From assembly GCA_024398475.1 (NCBI GenBank), contig JAKSJB010000005.1, forward strand, positions 2,182 through 66,181: a DNA stretch of 64,000 nt, in the 5' to 3' direction. Both the position numbers and the translations under genes were made by a program. The notes beneath the pieces were generated by a model. That model saw only the letters and a list, made by a program, of their open reading frames with translations. It was not told the origin of the DNA and ran no database searches. Positions 10,242 through 19,773 of the stretch are shown here, piece after piece. The first letter of the stretch is position 1. Each line of letters opens with the position of its first letter. The stretch comes from Bacteroidaceae bacterium (lineage in GTDB: Bacteria; Bacteroidota; Bacteroidia; Bacteroidales; Bacteroidaceae).

Positions 10242-11903
10242 TTATTTCATTTCATATCGTTTTCCTGTCTCCTTTACTATCCTCCTGGAGAAATCCTCCG
10301 GATAGCCAGGACGAACCGGACTTTCAGCATATCCATATTTTGTACGTTTCAGTTTTCCGTCTTCACCGACTACTTTCACCACCATATCGTTATGTTTTAC
10401 GAAAAGGTACTTGTAGAGTTCTGTCCATGAATCCATCATAAACTTGGCATTTGACAGACTTTGCTTAGTAACTTCATTATGCAACTCATCAGTACTCATA
10501 TTGCCGAATCTGTCATCACAGTCCCTAACCTGACTGATGAACAGCGAATCAATACCATCTATAGCAATCCTCAAGTCGGGATAGATCTTTGAATAATAAG
10601 GATAAACCATGTTGCTGACAGCGTTCTGAAGCCAGAATGCGCTCTCCCATGAGAAAGTGACATCGTCCTGAACTCCGTCAATACGTGTAAAACACTTAGG
10701 AATGCTGTCCGTACCACAGTAAACAGGTGTATATGAAACCATGTTAGCGTCATCATTTCCCCACCACACAATACCGCCAAATGCATCAGGGAGCCATGAA
10801 CGCATCTGACCTACAAATGTAAAACCAGTCTGCTGGGTACTGATCGGACGTTCATTGAAACATTCCTTACCATCAACCTTGAATGAAAGCGGACTTGGAC
10901 GGTAAGGCATCCTGTAGGCACCGGCACCCAAATCCTCGGTAATGTCAAGCGGAGTACCCTCATAATGGTCACGCATACCGTTCTTTATATCCTGGGCTGA
11001 CATCAGATTTCGGGGTTTCATGAACAATGGCATTTCCCCTTTAAGATCCTCCCCATTGATAAAAGGAAGATATGAATTCATATCTACAGAGCCATACTTG
11101 TTGAAGAAACTCCATACACGTGCTTCACAATAGCGAATGCCGCTGAAATCAAGTGGGTTATATGCATCACGGAAACTGAAGTCAGAATCCTTTCCGCTGA
11201 AATATCCTTTCAAACGTGCAAACTTGATGACATCCTTTGAATACATCACGTTTGCCTTATCTTTCATGTTGAAACGAGTGATGCGACTTTGATTGGCATG
11301 AGCACAGATACAGTCGTCAGGAATACGTACAGCCACCCATACAGCACCTTTCGAACCAGGTCCCTTACCAACCATTTCCATAATCCATGCTTCATTCTTA
11401 TCAGCAATGGTAAAAGTTTCACCTTCACTATAATAGCCATACTGTGCCACAAGGTCGGTCATTACCTTAATAGCCTCACGTGCAGTTCGGCTACGTTCCA
11501 ATGCTATATATATAAGACTGCCATAATCAAGGATACCGGTTGAATCGCATAGTTCCTCACGTCCGCCGAATGTAGTTTCAGTCACAGTCACCTGATTTTC
11601 ATTCATCTGTCCCACCACATTGTACGTACGTTCACATTGAGGTATTTCGCCGAGGTAACGGTTAGTATCCCATTCGTACACCTTGCGCATCTCCCCCTTC
11701 ACATGGACACCACCCACATGACGGTACATATTGCCGTACATGCAATAACTGTCGGCATTGTAACTGACAATGACACTACCATCAACGGAAGCCTTCCTGC
11801 CCACTATGAGATTAGTACAGGCAAATGAATTAGCAGTATACAATACACATGAAAGTGATAAAAAAATAGTCAGAATCTTTTTCATGACGGAATGATTATC
11901 CAT
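10242..11903 (-). CDS. C69 family dipeptidase
   Basis: The signal peptide is followed by the catalytic N-terminal Cys in ACTNLIVGRKASVDGS, as in peptidase C69. An alternative start is at 11885. Confidence 0.85.
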   Translation of the reverse strand: MDNHSVMKKILTIFLSLSCVLYTANSFACTNLIVGRKASVDGSVIVSYNADSYCMYGNMYRHVGGVHVKGEMRKVYEWDTNRYLGEIPQCERTYNVVGQMNENQVTVTETTFGGREELCDSTGILDYGSLIYIALERSRTAREAIKVMTDLVAQYGYYSEGETFTIADKNEAWIMEMVGKGPGSKGAVWVAVRIPDDCICAHANQSRITRFNMKDKANVMYSKDVIKFARLKGYFSGKDSDFSFRDAYNPLDFSGIRYCEARVWSFFNKYGSVDMNSYLPFINGEDLKGEMPLFMKPRNLMSAQDIKNGMRDHYEGTPLDITEDLGAGAYRMPYRPSPLSFKVDGKECFNERPISTQQTGFTFVGQMRSWLPDAFGGIVWWGNDDANMVSYTPVYCGTDSIPKCFTRIDGVQDDVTFSWESAFWLQNAVSNMVYPYYSKIYPDLRIAIDGIDSLFISQVRDCDDRFGNMSTDELHNEVTKQSLSNAKFMMDSWTELYKYLFVKHNDMVVKVVGEDGKLKRTKYGYAESPVRPGYPEDFSRRIVKETGKRYEMK

Positions 11904-11920
11904 TTATGACAATACGATTT

Positions 11921-12790
11921 CTATATTTTCAGTTTGCTGGAATCCACGGCTTTGAAACTCATATCCAGACCTTTTACGGAGTGAGTTAGAGCCCCTACGG
12001 AAATAAAGTCAACACCCGCTTCTGCATAATCGCGGATAGTGTCGTACGTAATACCACCAGAAGATTCAGTTTCATATCTGCCATCAATGAGGGCAACAGC
12101 CTTCCTTGTCTCTTCAGGAGTAAAATTGTCAAGCATGATACGGTCAACACCACCCACGCGGAGCACCTCATTGAGTTCTTCAAAGCCACGGACCTCAATC
12201 TCAATCTTCAGATCCTTACCCTTATCCTCAAGATACCTGTGACAGCGTGAAATGGCATTTTCAATTCCCCCGGCAAAATCAATGTGATTGTCCTTCAGGA
12301 GAATCATGTCAAAAAGTCCAATACGATGGTTAGTACCGCCACCGATTTTCACAGCCTCTTTCTCAAGCATACGCATTCCAGGAGTAGTCTTTCGTGTATC
12401 AAGTACACGGGTATTCGTACCTTCAAGCCTCTTGACATACCTTGATGTCATTGTAGCAATACCCGACATTCTCTGAAGGATGTTGAGCATAAGACGTTCA
12501 GTCTGTAACAGACTCTGAATCTTACCCTTGACACTCATTACAATATCACCCGGCTTAACGTGCGCACCATCATGAATGTACACCTCAACCTGCATCGTAG
12601 GGTCAAAACGACGGAATACCTCCTTGGCAATTTCCTCACCGGCAAATATTCCTTCCTCCTTGATGAGCAACTTGGATTCACTTTCCGCATCAGCAGGTAT
12701 GCAACAGAGAGTTGTATGGTCACCGTCACCTATATCCTCAGCAAAAGCGAGGTCAATAAGCCTGTCGTTGAGTTCTTCTACGCTTAACAT
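11921..12790 (-). CDS. nadC: nicotinate-nucleotide diphosphorylase (carboxylating)
   Basis: The typical QPRTase sequence is present (DIGDGDHTT..., DTRKTTPG.R, LLKDNH). I chose the start at the internal ATG 12790 because the upstream 35 codons are AT-rich leader. Confidence 0.9.
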   Translation of the reverse strand: MLSVEELNDRLIDLAFAEDIGDGDHTTLCCIPADAESESKLLIKEEGIFAGEEIAKEVFRRFDPTMQVEVYIHDGAHVKPGDIVMSVKGKIQSLLQTERLMLNILQRMSGIATMTSRYVKRLEGTNTRVLDTRKTTPGMRMLEKEAVKIGGGTNHRIGLFDMILLKDNHIDFAGGIENAISRCHRYLEDKGKDLKIEIEVRGFEELNEVLRVGGVDRIMLDNFTPEETRKAVALIDGRYETESSGGITYDTIRDYAEAGVDFISVGALTHSVKGLDMSFKAVDSSKLKI

Positions 12791-13112
12791 GATTTCTATG
12801 TGTTTATTATTGTTACTATTCAACAAAAAATTAATGTCAGCAATCCGTTTTATCGAATTTTCATTGCAAAGGTACAAAAAAATACAATACGACAATCACA
12901 TTATTAAAAAATAATCAACAAACTTAATTTCACCATCGTTTATCGAAAATACAAATACAAACTATCGGATAAAAGCAGAAAATTATTATTGATTGGGCAA
13001 AAATATCATCATACCTTTGCAGCGGAAAACAAAATGGATGCAGTCCGAGTGAATGGACCCACATCAAAAAACATAAAATAAAACAAAGTAATAAACTTAA
13101 ATCAACACAACT

Positions 13113-13646
13113 ATGGTAAAGAAATTTTTCATAACAACAATCATTTGCAGCTTGTTTCCTTTTTTCAGCTGTACTGCAGGCGACGGAGTCAACAACTCCC
13201 CAGTAACTATCGGCAACCTTGACAGATTCATGGGTAAATGGTATGAGATAGCACGTTTCGATCATTCTTTCGAACGCGGAAGGACCAACACCATGGCAGT
13301 CTATACCAAGATGATGGACGGAACTATCTCTGTGGAGAATGCCGGTATGAAGAAAGGCAAGCAGAAAGTCTCTTCAGGAACGGCTAAGACCACCGACACG
13401 TCCGGACTCCTACGCGTTTCGTTCTTTTGGCCGTTCTACTCTGACTACAGAGTACTCATGCTCGCCGACGACTACAGTTATGCCCTCGTAGGAGGATCAT
13501 CTGCAAAATACCTTTGGGTACTGGCACGCAAGCCACAGATATCACAGTCTGTACGTGACAGGCTGATGAAGGAAGCCGTACGCAGAGGCTACGACACGAA
13601 AAAACTCATTTGGGTTGACCAAACTCAGAACTTAGCGAAGTTTTGA
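13113..13646 (+). CDS. blc: bacterial lipocalin
   Basis: It has a lipoprotein signal (FFSCTAG) and the lipocalin motif GKWYEIARFDHSFERG. Confidence 0.85.
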   Translation: MVKKFFITTIICSLFPFFSCTAGDGVNNSPVTIGNLDRFMGKWYEIARFDHSFERGRTNTMAVYTKMMDGTISVENAGMKKGKQKVSSGTAKTTDTSGLLRVSFFWPFYSDYRVLMLADDYSYALVGGSSAKYLWVLARKPQISQSVRDRLMKEAVRRGYDTKKLIWVDQTQNLAKF

Positions 13647-13698
13647 TTCCTTAGCATATTTTTCATATTAGTTTCTTGTGATTATTAACTGATTGCCG

Positions 13699-13755
13699 GG
13701 GGCCCAGCGAACACCTATTTATTCATTGTCCTACTACTGCTGGGCCCCATTTTTT
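13699..13755 (+). terminator. hairpin plus T-run downstream of blc
   Basis: GGGGCCCAGC (13699-13708) pairs with GCTGGGCCCC (13739-13748) and is followed by ATTTTTT. The loop is large at 30 nt. Confidence 0.5.
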
Positions 13756-13834
13756 CACAACTCTTCCTGCGGTTTAACTGCAACGGCGGCGGGTCCGCCA
13801 CGCCAGACAAACCACGACTACATAATTTCACCCG

Positions 13835-13875
13835 ACGGTTGCATACATTTGCCATGAGTATGCGACCGTTTTTTT
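13835..13875 (+). terminator. second intrinsic-terminator-like hairpin
   Basis: ACGGTTGCATA (13835-13845) pairs with TATGCGACCGT (13859-13869) in an 11-bp stem with one G-U pair and a 13-nt loop. TTTTTT follows. Confidence 0.5.
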
Positions 13876-14631
13876 ATAGAAGTCACCCTAACCCCTCCGC
13901 CCTACTCTCCTCAGGCGGTTAGGGCGCTTTGCGAGTAGCCTTGTAGAGAGAGGTAATAGAAAGCAATCTACACATCTGACTGTTTCAATAAACATCATTG
14001 CTGGTTCGATGCTACCTCGATGTAACTTTGCTGTAACTTTTCTTTTTCTCCGCTGGAAAACGGAGATTAGCGAAGAAACAGCGGAAAATAGCGGAGGCAC
14101 AACGAACCAGTAACGGAAGAAAATCCAACTTTCAGCGGAGAAATAGCGGACCAATGACATAATTATGGTTTGCATATAACATGATAGACAATAGAGGAGA
14201 AGCATCACTCACTTTTTATGTACGATTTTACTTCTAATGAAATATCGGTTTCGTTACTGACTCATAACTGACTCATAATAGACTTACAAAGGGTGCATAG
14301 AGTAAGTCCCTTAGCTTCTAATATTATAAAGCACCATGTATCAATTATATGAATACCAATTATCACAAAAAAGTATCAGGAAGAAAATGACCAATTACGA
14401 GTCTGTATGTGCTACGACACATCCCTTCGGGTTGTGGGCTATAGTATTAGATTTATATATCTATCGATGATTCCAAGCCATTACGGACTGAACTGTATAA
14501 TTTCGGACTTTCAGCCATTATTAAAGTTCCCTACCACCTCCGTAAAGGTAAGGGAATGGGAACAATTAACTTTTTATCATAAAAAAGACAAAAAAATCCG
14601 TTTACGAGTCATTCACTTCATTTATTATTAC

Positions 14632-14639
14632 TATCTTTG
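14632..14639 (+). promoter_or_regulatory. Bacteroidota -7 box TATCTTTG
   Basis: This is an exact TAnnTTTG match. It lies about 22 nt upstream of the start of the repeat/leader element at 14661. Confidence 0.5.
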
Positions 14640-14660
14640 CACTCGTAATGTATTATAATA

Positions 14661-14967
14661 CAAGTTTCGCTGGGCTCCACTTTTAGTAGAAAAGTAGTCA
14701 GGAGACAGGAGTTAAGTAGGGCGAAGATTGAGTATCTTCGCTTGCGACGTCAAAGATTGATTATCTTTGATTGCGAAGACTGAAGATTTATCTTCACAAA
14801 TGAGTGCCGAAGGCTTATAGATTTATCTTCACAAAGGAGTGCCGAAGGCTTAGAGAAAGCTAACGGCTAATGGCTAATGGCATTACAATACTCAACTCCC
14901 TTAACTCCAAATCTACTAAACTACTGAAAGAAACTGCGCAAGCCTGAAACTTGCAAAAGTTGAATAA
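14661..14967 (+). repeat. hairpin-rich leader repeat element, copy 1 (longest)
   Basis: It shares CAAGTTTCGCTGGGCT.CAC.TT.AGTAGAAAAGTAGTCAGGAGACAGGAG...GCGAAGATTGAGTATCTTCGC...CTAACGGCTAATGGC...TTAACTCC...CTACTGAA...GAAAGTTGAATAA with 26461-26715. It carries internal duplications of the GAAGATTTATCTTC hairpin unit. Confidence 0.85.
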
Positions 14968-14989
14968 CATAATAAAACAGATACTGACT

Positions 14990-15625
14990 ATGAAGAAATC
15001 TATTTTTCTCATGCTGATGCTGACAATGACTTTGTCAGTCAGCGCACAAAGAACTCTATTCGGTGGAAACAGGCAGGCTAATGCTTCTGACTATTCTGCA
15101 TATATGCAAGGTGCTGTTCCGGAAAAGGACGGCAAGGTGGTATTTTCTACTACTATTGACGCTCCCGGAAAGAGTAAGGCTGAACTGTTCAAGGCTATAT
15201 CTTCGTGGGCAAGCCTGCGCTATATGCCAAATTCCGAAAACGGATATTGGAGCAACAGGGACTATTACCGCAATCTCGAATATGCTGCCGTGAAGGAAGC
15301 AGATGCTCTTACTGGCAGAATCGTTTGTTTCGGCAACGAGGAACAGGTTTTCTCAAACAAGTTCCTTTCCAAGGACTACACCCGCATGGACTACAACCTC
15401 ACCATTGACGTTGCTGACGGTAAGGTTTCGGTTAAGATGGAAAACATCGTATATACATACGTGCTCAAGGATGATCCTGAGCGTATTCCTGCCGAAGACT
15501 GGATTACTGACAGGGAGGCTATCAGCAAGAAGGGTAAACTCATACGTTCGAGCGGCAAGTTCCGCATAAAGACTGTTGATCTGAAGGATGAACTCTTTGA
15601 AGAAATCGCCGGTGCCGTTAAATAA
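14990..15625 (+). CDS. DUF4468-like secreted protein
   Basis: The signal peptide is MKKSIFLMLMLTMTLSVSAQ. The family assignment is recalled from the overall pattern only. I chose the start at ATG 14990. Confidence 0.55.
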   Translation: MKKSIFLMLMLTMTLSVSAQRTLFGGNRQANASDYSAYMQGAVPEKDGKVVFSTTIDAPGKSKAELFKAISSWASLRYMPNSENGYWSNRDYYRNLEYAAVKEADALTGRIVCFGNEEQVFSNKFLSKDYTRMDYNLTIDVADGKVSVKMENIVYTYVLKDDPERIPAEDWITDREAISKKGKLIRSSGKFRIKTVDLKDELFEEIAGAVK

Positions 15626-15638
15626 ATAACGCTGATAC

Positions 15639-15917
15639 GTGAAGACCGAAGATATTGACAAGATTATTGCCGAAGCCCTGGAGGCGGATAAGCAGAAGGG
15701 GGCAGGCAGGAAGCACAGGGGGAAGCCTCTGAGCAGCCATCGAAGCGACACTATCCTGACTGTAAGGAAGGTGCTGAACATTGTGTTCATCATCGGATTC
15801 CTGGCGGCTGTTATTATTTACTTCGCCCTACCCGACCAGCGTGTGCTGTTCTTCTGTGTGGGTTTCGGTGCCATGTTCCTGAAGATTATCGAATTCTTCC
15901 TGAGATTCCTGTTCTGA
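15639..15917 (+). CDS. small membrane protein (92 aa, GTG start)
   Basis: It has two hydrophobic segments after a charged N-terminus and starts 13 nt after the upstream stop. Confidence 0.4.
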   Translation: MKTEDIDKIIAEALEADKQKGAGRKHRGKPLSSHRSDTILTVRKVLNIVFIIGFLAAVIIYFALPDQRVLFFCVGFGAMFLKIIEFFLRFLF

Positions 15918-15993
15918 GAAGAACGACTCTACTGATGTTCCCTCAGTAAAAACCATCTACTCGAAATGGATGGAACTTACTCCAACTACAGAT

Positions 15994-18024
15994 ATGAAAC
16001 AACTTTTCCTCATAACTGCATTCATACTATTTCCATTAATGACTTCAGCCCAACGTCATATCAGAGGACTGGAGTCAAATGCTGATTTGGACATGACTCC
16101 CGAAGATTCGGTCGGCGACAACGACAAGAAGATTGTTCCGACTGAGGTTTATGCCTGGAACATTGATGATGTGTATGGCAACCGTACCGTGACTTACGTT
16201 GACACTCTGCATCACCTTTATCAGAATCACAACCTCAACGAGGGGCTTGAAGGTCACTACAATCACCTCGGCAACCTGGGTACTCCAAGGCTCAGCCGTG
16301 TGTATATGGAACGTGACGAGGGGGATGAATTCATCTTCGTCAATCCGTTTGACCAGTTTTTCATGCCTACGTCGCAGTTTCGTTTCTACAACACGAAGTC
16401 ACCTTTCCTCAATGCTGACTACAACTTGTGCGGTGACAAGCAGTCGGGTGATTCTCACATAAAGATTACGTTTACCACCAATGCGGGTAAACGCGTCAAC
16501 TTCGGAGCCTTGTTTGACTATATCTATGGTGAGGGATACTATTCCAACCAATCTACTGCCCACATGGGTGCGTCGGGGTTTGCCTCGTACATTGGTGACA
16601 GGTATGATTTTCACTTCTACTACACTCACAACCACATGAAACTGGCTGAAAACGGCGGTATCATTAGTGAGTCTTACATCACCAATCCTGAAAGCCAGAA
16701 GAAGAGTTTCGACTCCAACGACATTCCTACACAACTGAGCAACACTTGGGGAAGACAGGATCACGACATCGTACACTTCAACCACAGGTACAACATAGGC
16801 TTCACCCGCACCGAAGGGGATTCTACGGACATGAAGGAAGTGTTTGTTCCGGTTACGAGCATATTCCATACGTTCCACCTGCAGAACATGAAGCGCAGGT
16901 ATATTGCATACGGTACGCCTAAGGACTATCACACTTATACTTTCCTGCCTGGTGATTCAGCCCGCGACAAGACTACGTACATGCAGATAAAGAACATTGT
17001 GGGACTGTCGCTCAGGGAGGGTTTCAACAAATATGCGGCTGCAGGACTGAATGCCTACGTTGGTTTCGACCACAGAAGTTACGAGATGGAAGATTCCCTG
17101 GGACAAGGTAGGTTCGGTATGGGTACGCACAAGGAGTCGGACATTCTGATTGGCGGACAGTTGATTCGTACAGGCGGACATCTGCTGCACTACAACGTGA
17201 ATGCCGAATTCATTGTTGCCGGCGACAACATCGGTGATTTCAACGTGAATGGTCACGGAGAACTGAACCTTCCGATACTAAGGGATACTGCACAGATTTC
17301 TGTTGATGCCATCGTACAGGACAAGACTCCTAGTTATTACCTGCATCACTTTCATTCCAAATATGCGTGGTGGGACAATGACGGGATGGACCGCCAGTTC
17401 CGTACCCGCATTCTTGGTAGTGTGACTCTGCCTAAGACAAGAACGAAACTGACTGTAGGACTGGAAAACATCAAGAACTACACTTATCTTGTGGATAACG
17501 GGGAGTTGATTTCGGAGAACCTTGAACCTATAGTGAGATATACACATAATATCAATGCTACTCAATGCAGGGACAACATACAGATTATCAGTGCCAACCT
17601 GCACCAGGACTTCGTGTTCGGTCCGGTTCATCTTGACAACGACGTTACTTATCAGACTTGTACGGAAAGTACTCCTCTGCCATTGCCTACCCTTTCGCTC
17701 TATCACAACCTTTATCTGAAGTTCAAGATTGCAAAGGTGCTGAACTGTGAACTCGGAGGGGATGTCAAGTACTTCACGAAATACAAGGCTCCTACCTATT
17801 CGCCTGTACTCGGACAGTTTGCTGTTCAGAACAAGGACAACCAGGTGGAAATAGGCAACTACCCTATCATCAGCGTATATGCCAATTTTGACCTGAAACG
17901 TACCCGTTTCTACATACAGTATTTCCATGTGAACCAATCTGACGGAAAATATTTCTGGGCTCCTGGCTATCCTGTGAATCCACGATGCATCAGATTCGGC
18001 ATAAGTTGGAACTTCTACGATTGA
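15994..18024 (+). CDS. outer-membrane beta-barrel (putative porin family)
   Basis: It has a signal peptide (FPLMTSAQ), an alternating aromatic/polar beta-strand pattern throughout, and a C-terminal ...FGISWNFYD. Confidence 0.55.
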   Translation: MKQLFLITAFILFPLMTSAQRHIRGLESNADLDMTPEDSVGDNDKKIVPTEVYAWNIDDVYGNRTVTYVDTLHHLYQNHNLNEGLEGHYNHLGNLGTPRLSRVYMERDEGDEFIFVNPFDQFFMPTSQFRFYNTKSPFLNADYNLCGDKQSGDSHIKITFTTNAGKRVNFGALFDYIYGEGYYSNQSTAHMGASGFASYIGDRYDFHFYYTHNHMKLAENGGIISESYITNPESQKKSFDSNDIPTQLSNTWGRQDHDIVHFNHRYNIGFTRTEGDSTDMKEVFVPVTSIFHTFHLQNMKRRYIAYGTPKDYHTYTFLPGDSARDKTTYMQIKNIVGLSLREGFNKYAAAGLNAYVGFDHRSYEMEDSLGQGRFGMGTHKESDILIGGQLIRTGGHLLHYNVNAEFIVAGDNIGDFNVNGHGELNLPILRDTAQISVDAIVQDKTPSYYLHHFHSKYAWWDNDGMDRQFRTRILGSVTLPKTRTKLTVGLENIKNYTYLVDNGELISENLEPIVRYTHNINATQCRDNIQIISANLHQDFVFGPVHLDNDVTYQTCTESTPLPLPTLSLYHNLYLKFKIAKVLNCELGGDVKYFTKYKAPTYSPVLGQFAVQNKDNQVEIGNYPIISVYANFDLKRTRFYIQYFHVNQSDGKYFWAPGYPVNPRCIRFGISWNFYD

Positions 18025-18055
18025 TATTACTTTCTATCTGCACTTCTGTAACATT

Positions 18056-18475
18056 ATGGGACTTGAATTACTAAACATAGCAGACTCTAAAGACGGCATC
18101 ATGATGTCGGAAGAGAGTGTCAAGGCTGGTTTTCCATCTCCCGCAGAGGGTTTCTCGGATAATACCATAGACCTCAATCATGAACTTATCCATCATCGTG
18201 CTACGACTTTTTGTACCCGTGTAAGTGGTGACAGCATGATAGATGCTTATATCCATGACGGTGACTACCTTATTGTTGACCGTTCCCTGGAGCCTCACGA
18301 CGGAGACATGGCTGTATGCTTCATTGACGGAGAATTTACCCTCAAATACATCGAAGTGACTGACAAGGGGATTTGGCTGAGACCTGCAAATCCCAATTAT
18401 CCCAAGATACATGTTGACCCTGAAAGCAATTTCATGATTTGGGGTATCGTCACATATTCAATCCATAAGCGATAA
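18056..18475 (+). CDS. umuD: S24 LexA/UmuD-like autopeptidase (translesion polymerase accessory subunit)
   Basis: It has the SGDSM catalytic Ser motif and a downstream Lys region. It lies immediately upstream of a Y-family polymerase gene. Confidence 0.85.
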   Translation: MGLELLNIADSKDGIMMSEESVKAGFPSPAEGFSDNTIDLNHELIHHRATTFCTRVSGDSMIDAYIHDGDYLIVDRSLEPHDGDMAVCFIDGEFTLKYIEVTDKGIWLRPANPNYPKIHVDPESNFMIWGIVTYSIHKR

Positions 18476-18503
18476 TTCTACTCACTACAAAACCTATTTT
18501 CAG

Positions 18504-19766
18504 ATGTTTGGGTTATGTGATTGTGACAGTTTCTTTGCCTCCTGTGAACGGGTGTTCCGTCCTGAACTCTATGGCAAGCCTGTCGTTGTACTAAGCAACA
18601 ACGACGGATGTATTGTTGCCATGACTCGGGAAGCCAAGCAGATTGGATTGAAGCGCGGTATGCCTCTCTTTCAGATAAAGGACATTATAGAGAAGTATGA
18701 TGTGGCTGTGTTTTCAAGCAACTTTGCCCTTTATGGCGACATTTCAAGCAGGGTGATGCAGATTCTGGCTGAAGAAACCGGGGACATAGACATCTATTCC
18801 ATAGACGAAGCTTTTTTCAGCCTCGACAGATTCAATCCCGAAAACATGCGTGAAGGACTTCTGCAGGTCAGGAACAAGATTTTCAAGGGTATTGGAATAC
18901 CTGTGTCTATCGGTGTTGCTCCGACTCGTACCTTGGCAAAGGTTGCAAGTCACTATGCTAAGAGATATCCCGGTTATAAAGGTGTATGTATAATAGATAC
19001 TGAAGAAAAGAGAAAGAAAGCCCTGGAACTGCTTCCTGTGCGCGACGTGTGGGGCATAGGAAGAAAATTCGGCAAGAGACTTGACTATTTCGGAATAACT
19101 ACTGCTGCCGATTTTGTGGATAGAAGTGAATCGTGGATACGCAATGAGTTTCACAAATCGGGTGTACAGACTTGGAAGGAACTTAAAGGTATCCCCTGCA
19201 AGGAAAGTGAAGAACTTTCAGAAAAACAAAGTATATGCACAAGCAGATCGTTTGAAAAGATGGTATGCGAATGGGAACAATTGGTGGAAAGTACTGCCAA
19301 CTTTGCTTCGGCTTGTGCCGGAAAACTGAGGAGGCAGCATACTGTATGTCAAACCATAACGGTATTCGTACTATCCAACCGTTTCCGCGAAGACCTTGAG
19401 CAGTACTACAACAGCAGGCAAATCACAATGAATGTTCCTACAAATTCCACTATGGAAATTGTGAATACGGCTATCATTGCTTTACGTCAGATTTTCAGGA
19501 AAGGAATTATGTACAAGAAATGCGGTGTGGTTCTTTCTGATATTTCTTCCGATAAAGCATATCAGCAAGATATATTCGACACAAAAGACAGGTTGAAACT
19601 GTCACGACTGACCAAAGCCATTGATTCTATAAACAATAAAAACGGAACTGATACCATTCACCTTGCCATACAGAATGTTTCTGACAAGGGACAGAACATA
19701 AGGCATGAGCACCGTTCACCTTGCTATACGACAAACATCAATGATGTGTTGATTGTAAAGGTTTAA
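18504..19766 (+). CDS. umuC: Y-family DNA polymerase V catalytic subunit
   Basis: The N-terminal MFGLCDCDSFFASCERVFRP, the SIDEAF motif and the VWGIGRK helix-hairpin-helix are all present. Confidence 0.9.
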   Translation: MFGLCDCDSFFASCERVFRPELYGKPVVVLSNNDGCIVAMTREAKQIGLKRGMPLFQIKDIIEKYDVAVFSSNFALYGDISSRVMQILAEETGDIDIYSIDEAFFSLDRFNPENMREGLLQVRNKIFKGIGIPVSIGVAPTRTLAKVASHYAKRYPGYKGVCIIDTEEKRKKALELLPVRDVWGIGRKFGKRLDYFGITTAADFVDRSESWIRNEFHKSGVQTWKELKGIPCKESEELSEKQSICTSRSFEKMVCEWEQLVESTANFASACAGKLRRQHTVCQTITVFVLSNRFREDLEQYYNSRQITMNVPTNSTMEIVNTAIIALRQIFRKGIMYKKCGVVLSDISSDKAYQQDIFDTKDRLKLSRLTKAIDSINNKNGTDTIHLAIQNVSDKGQNIRHEHRSPCYTTNINDVLIVKV

Positions 19767-19773
19767 ACCGTTA

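Noticed and set aside
13888-14658. 106-aa minus-strand ORF (13888-14208) and 83-aa plus-strand ORF (14407-14658) in the long blc/DUF4468 intergenic region.
   Set aside because: Their sequences are implausible. The first overlaps the conserved non-coding block shared with 36535-36632. The second ends across the -7 box.
18056-19766. umuDC considered as a marker of an integrated mobile element.
   Set aside because: No flanking mobility genes or compositional shift were noticed. umuDC pairs are common chromosomal genes in Bacteroidota.
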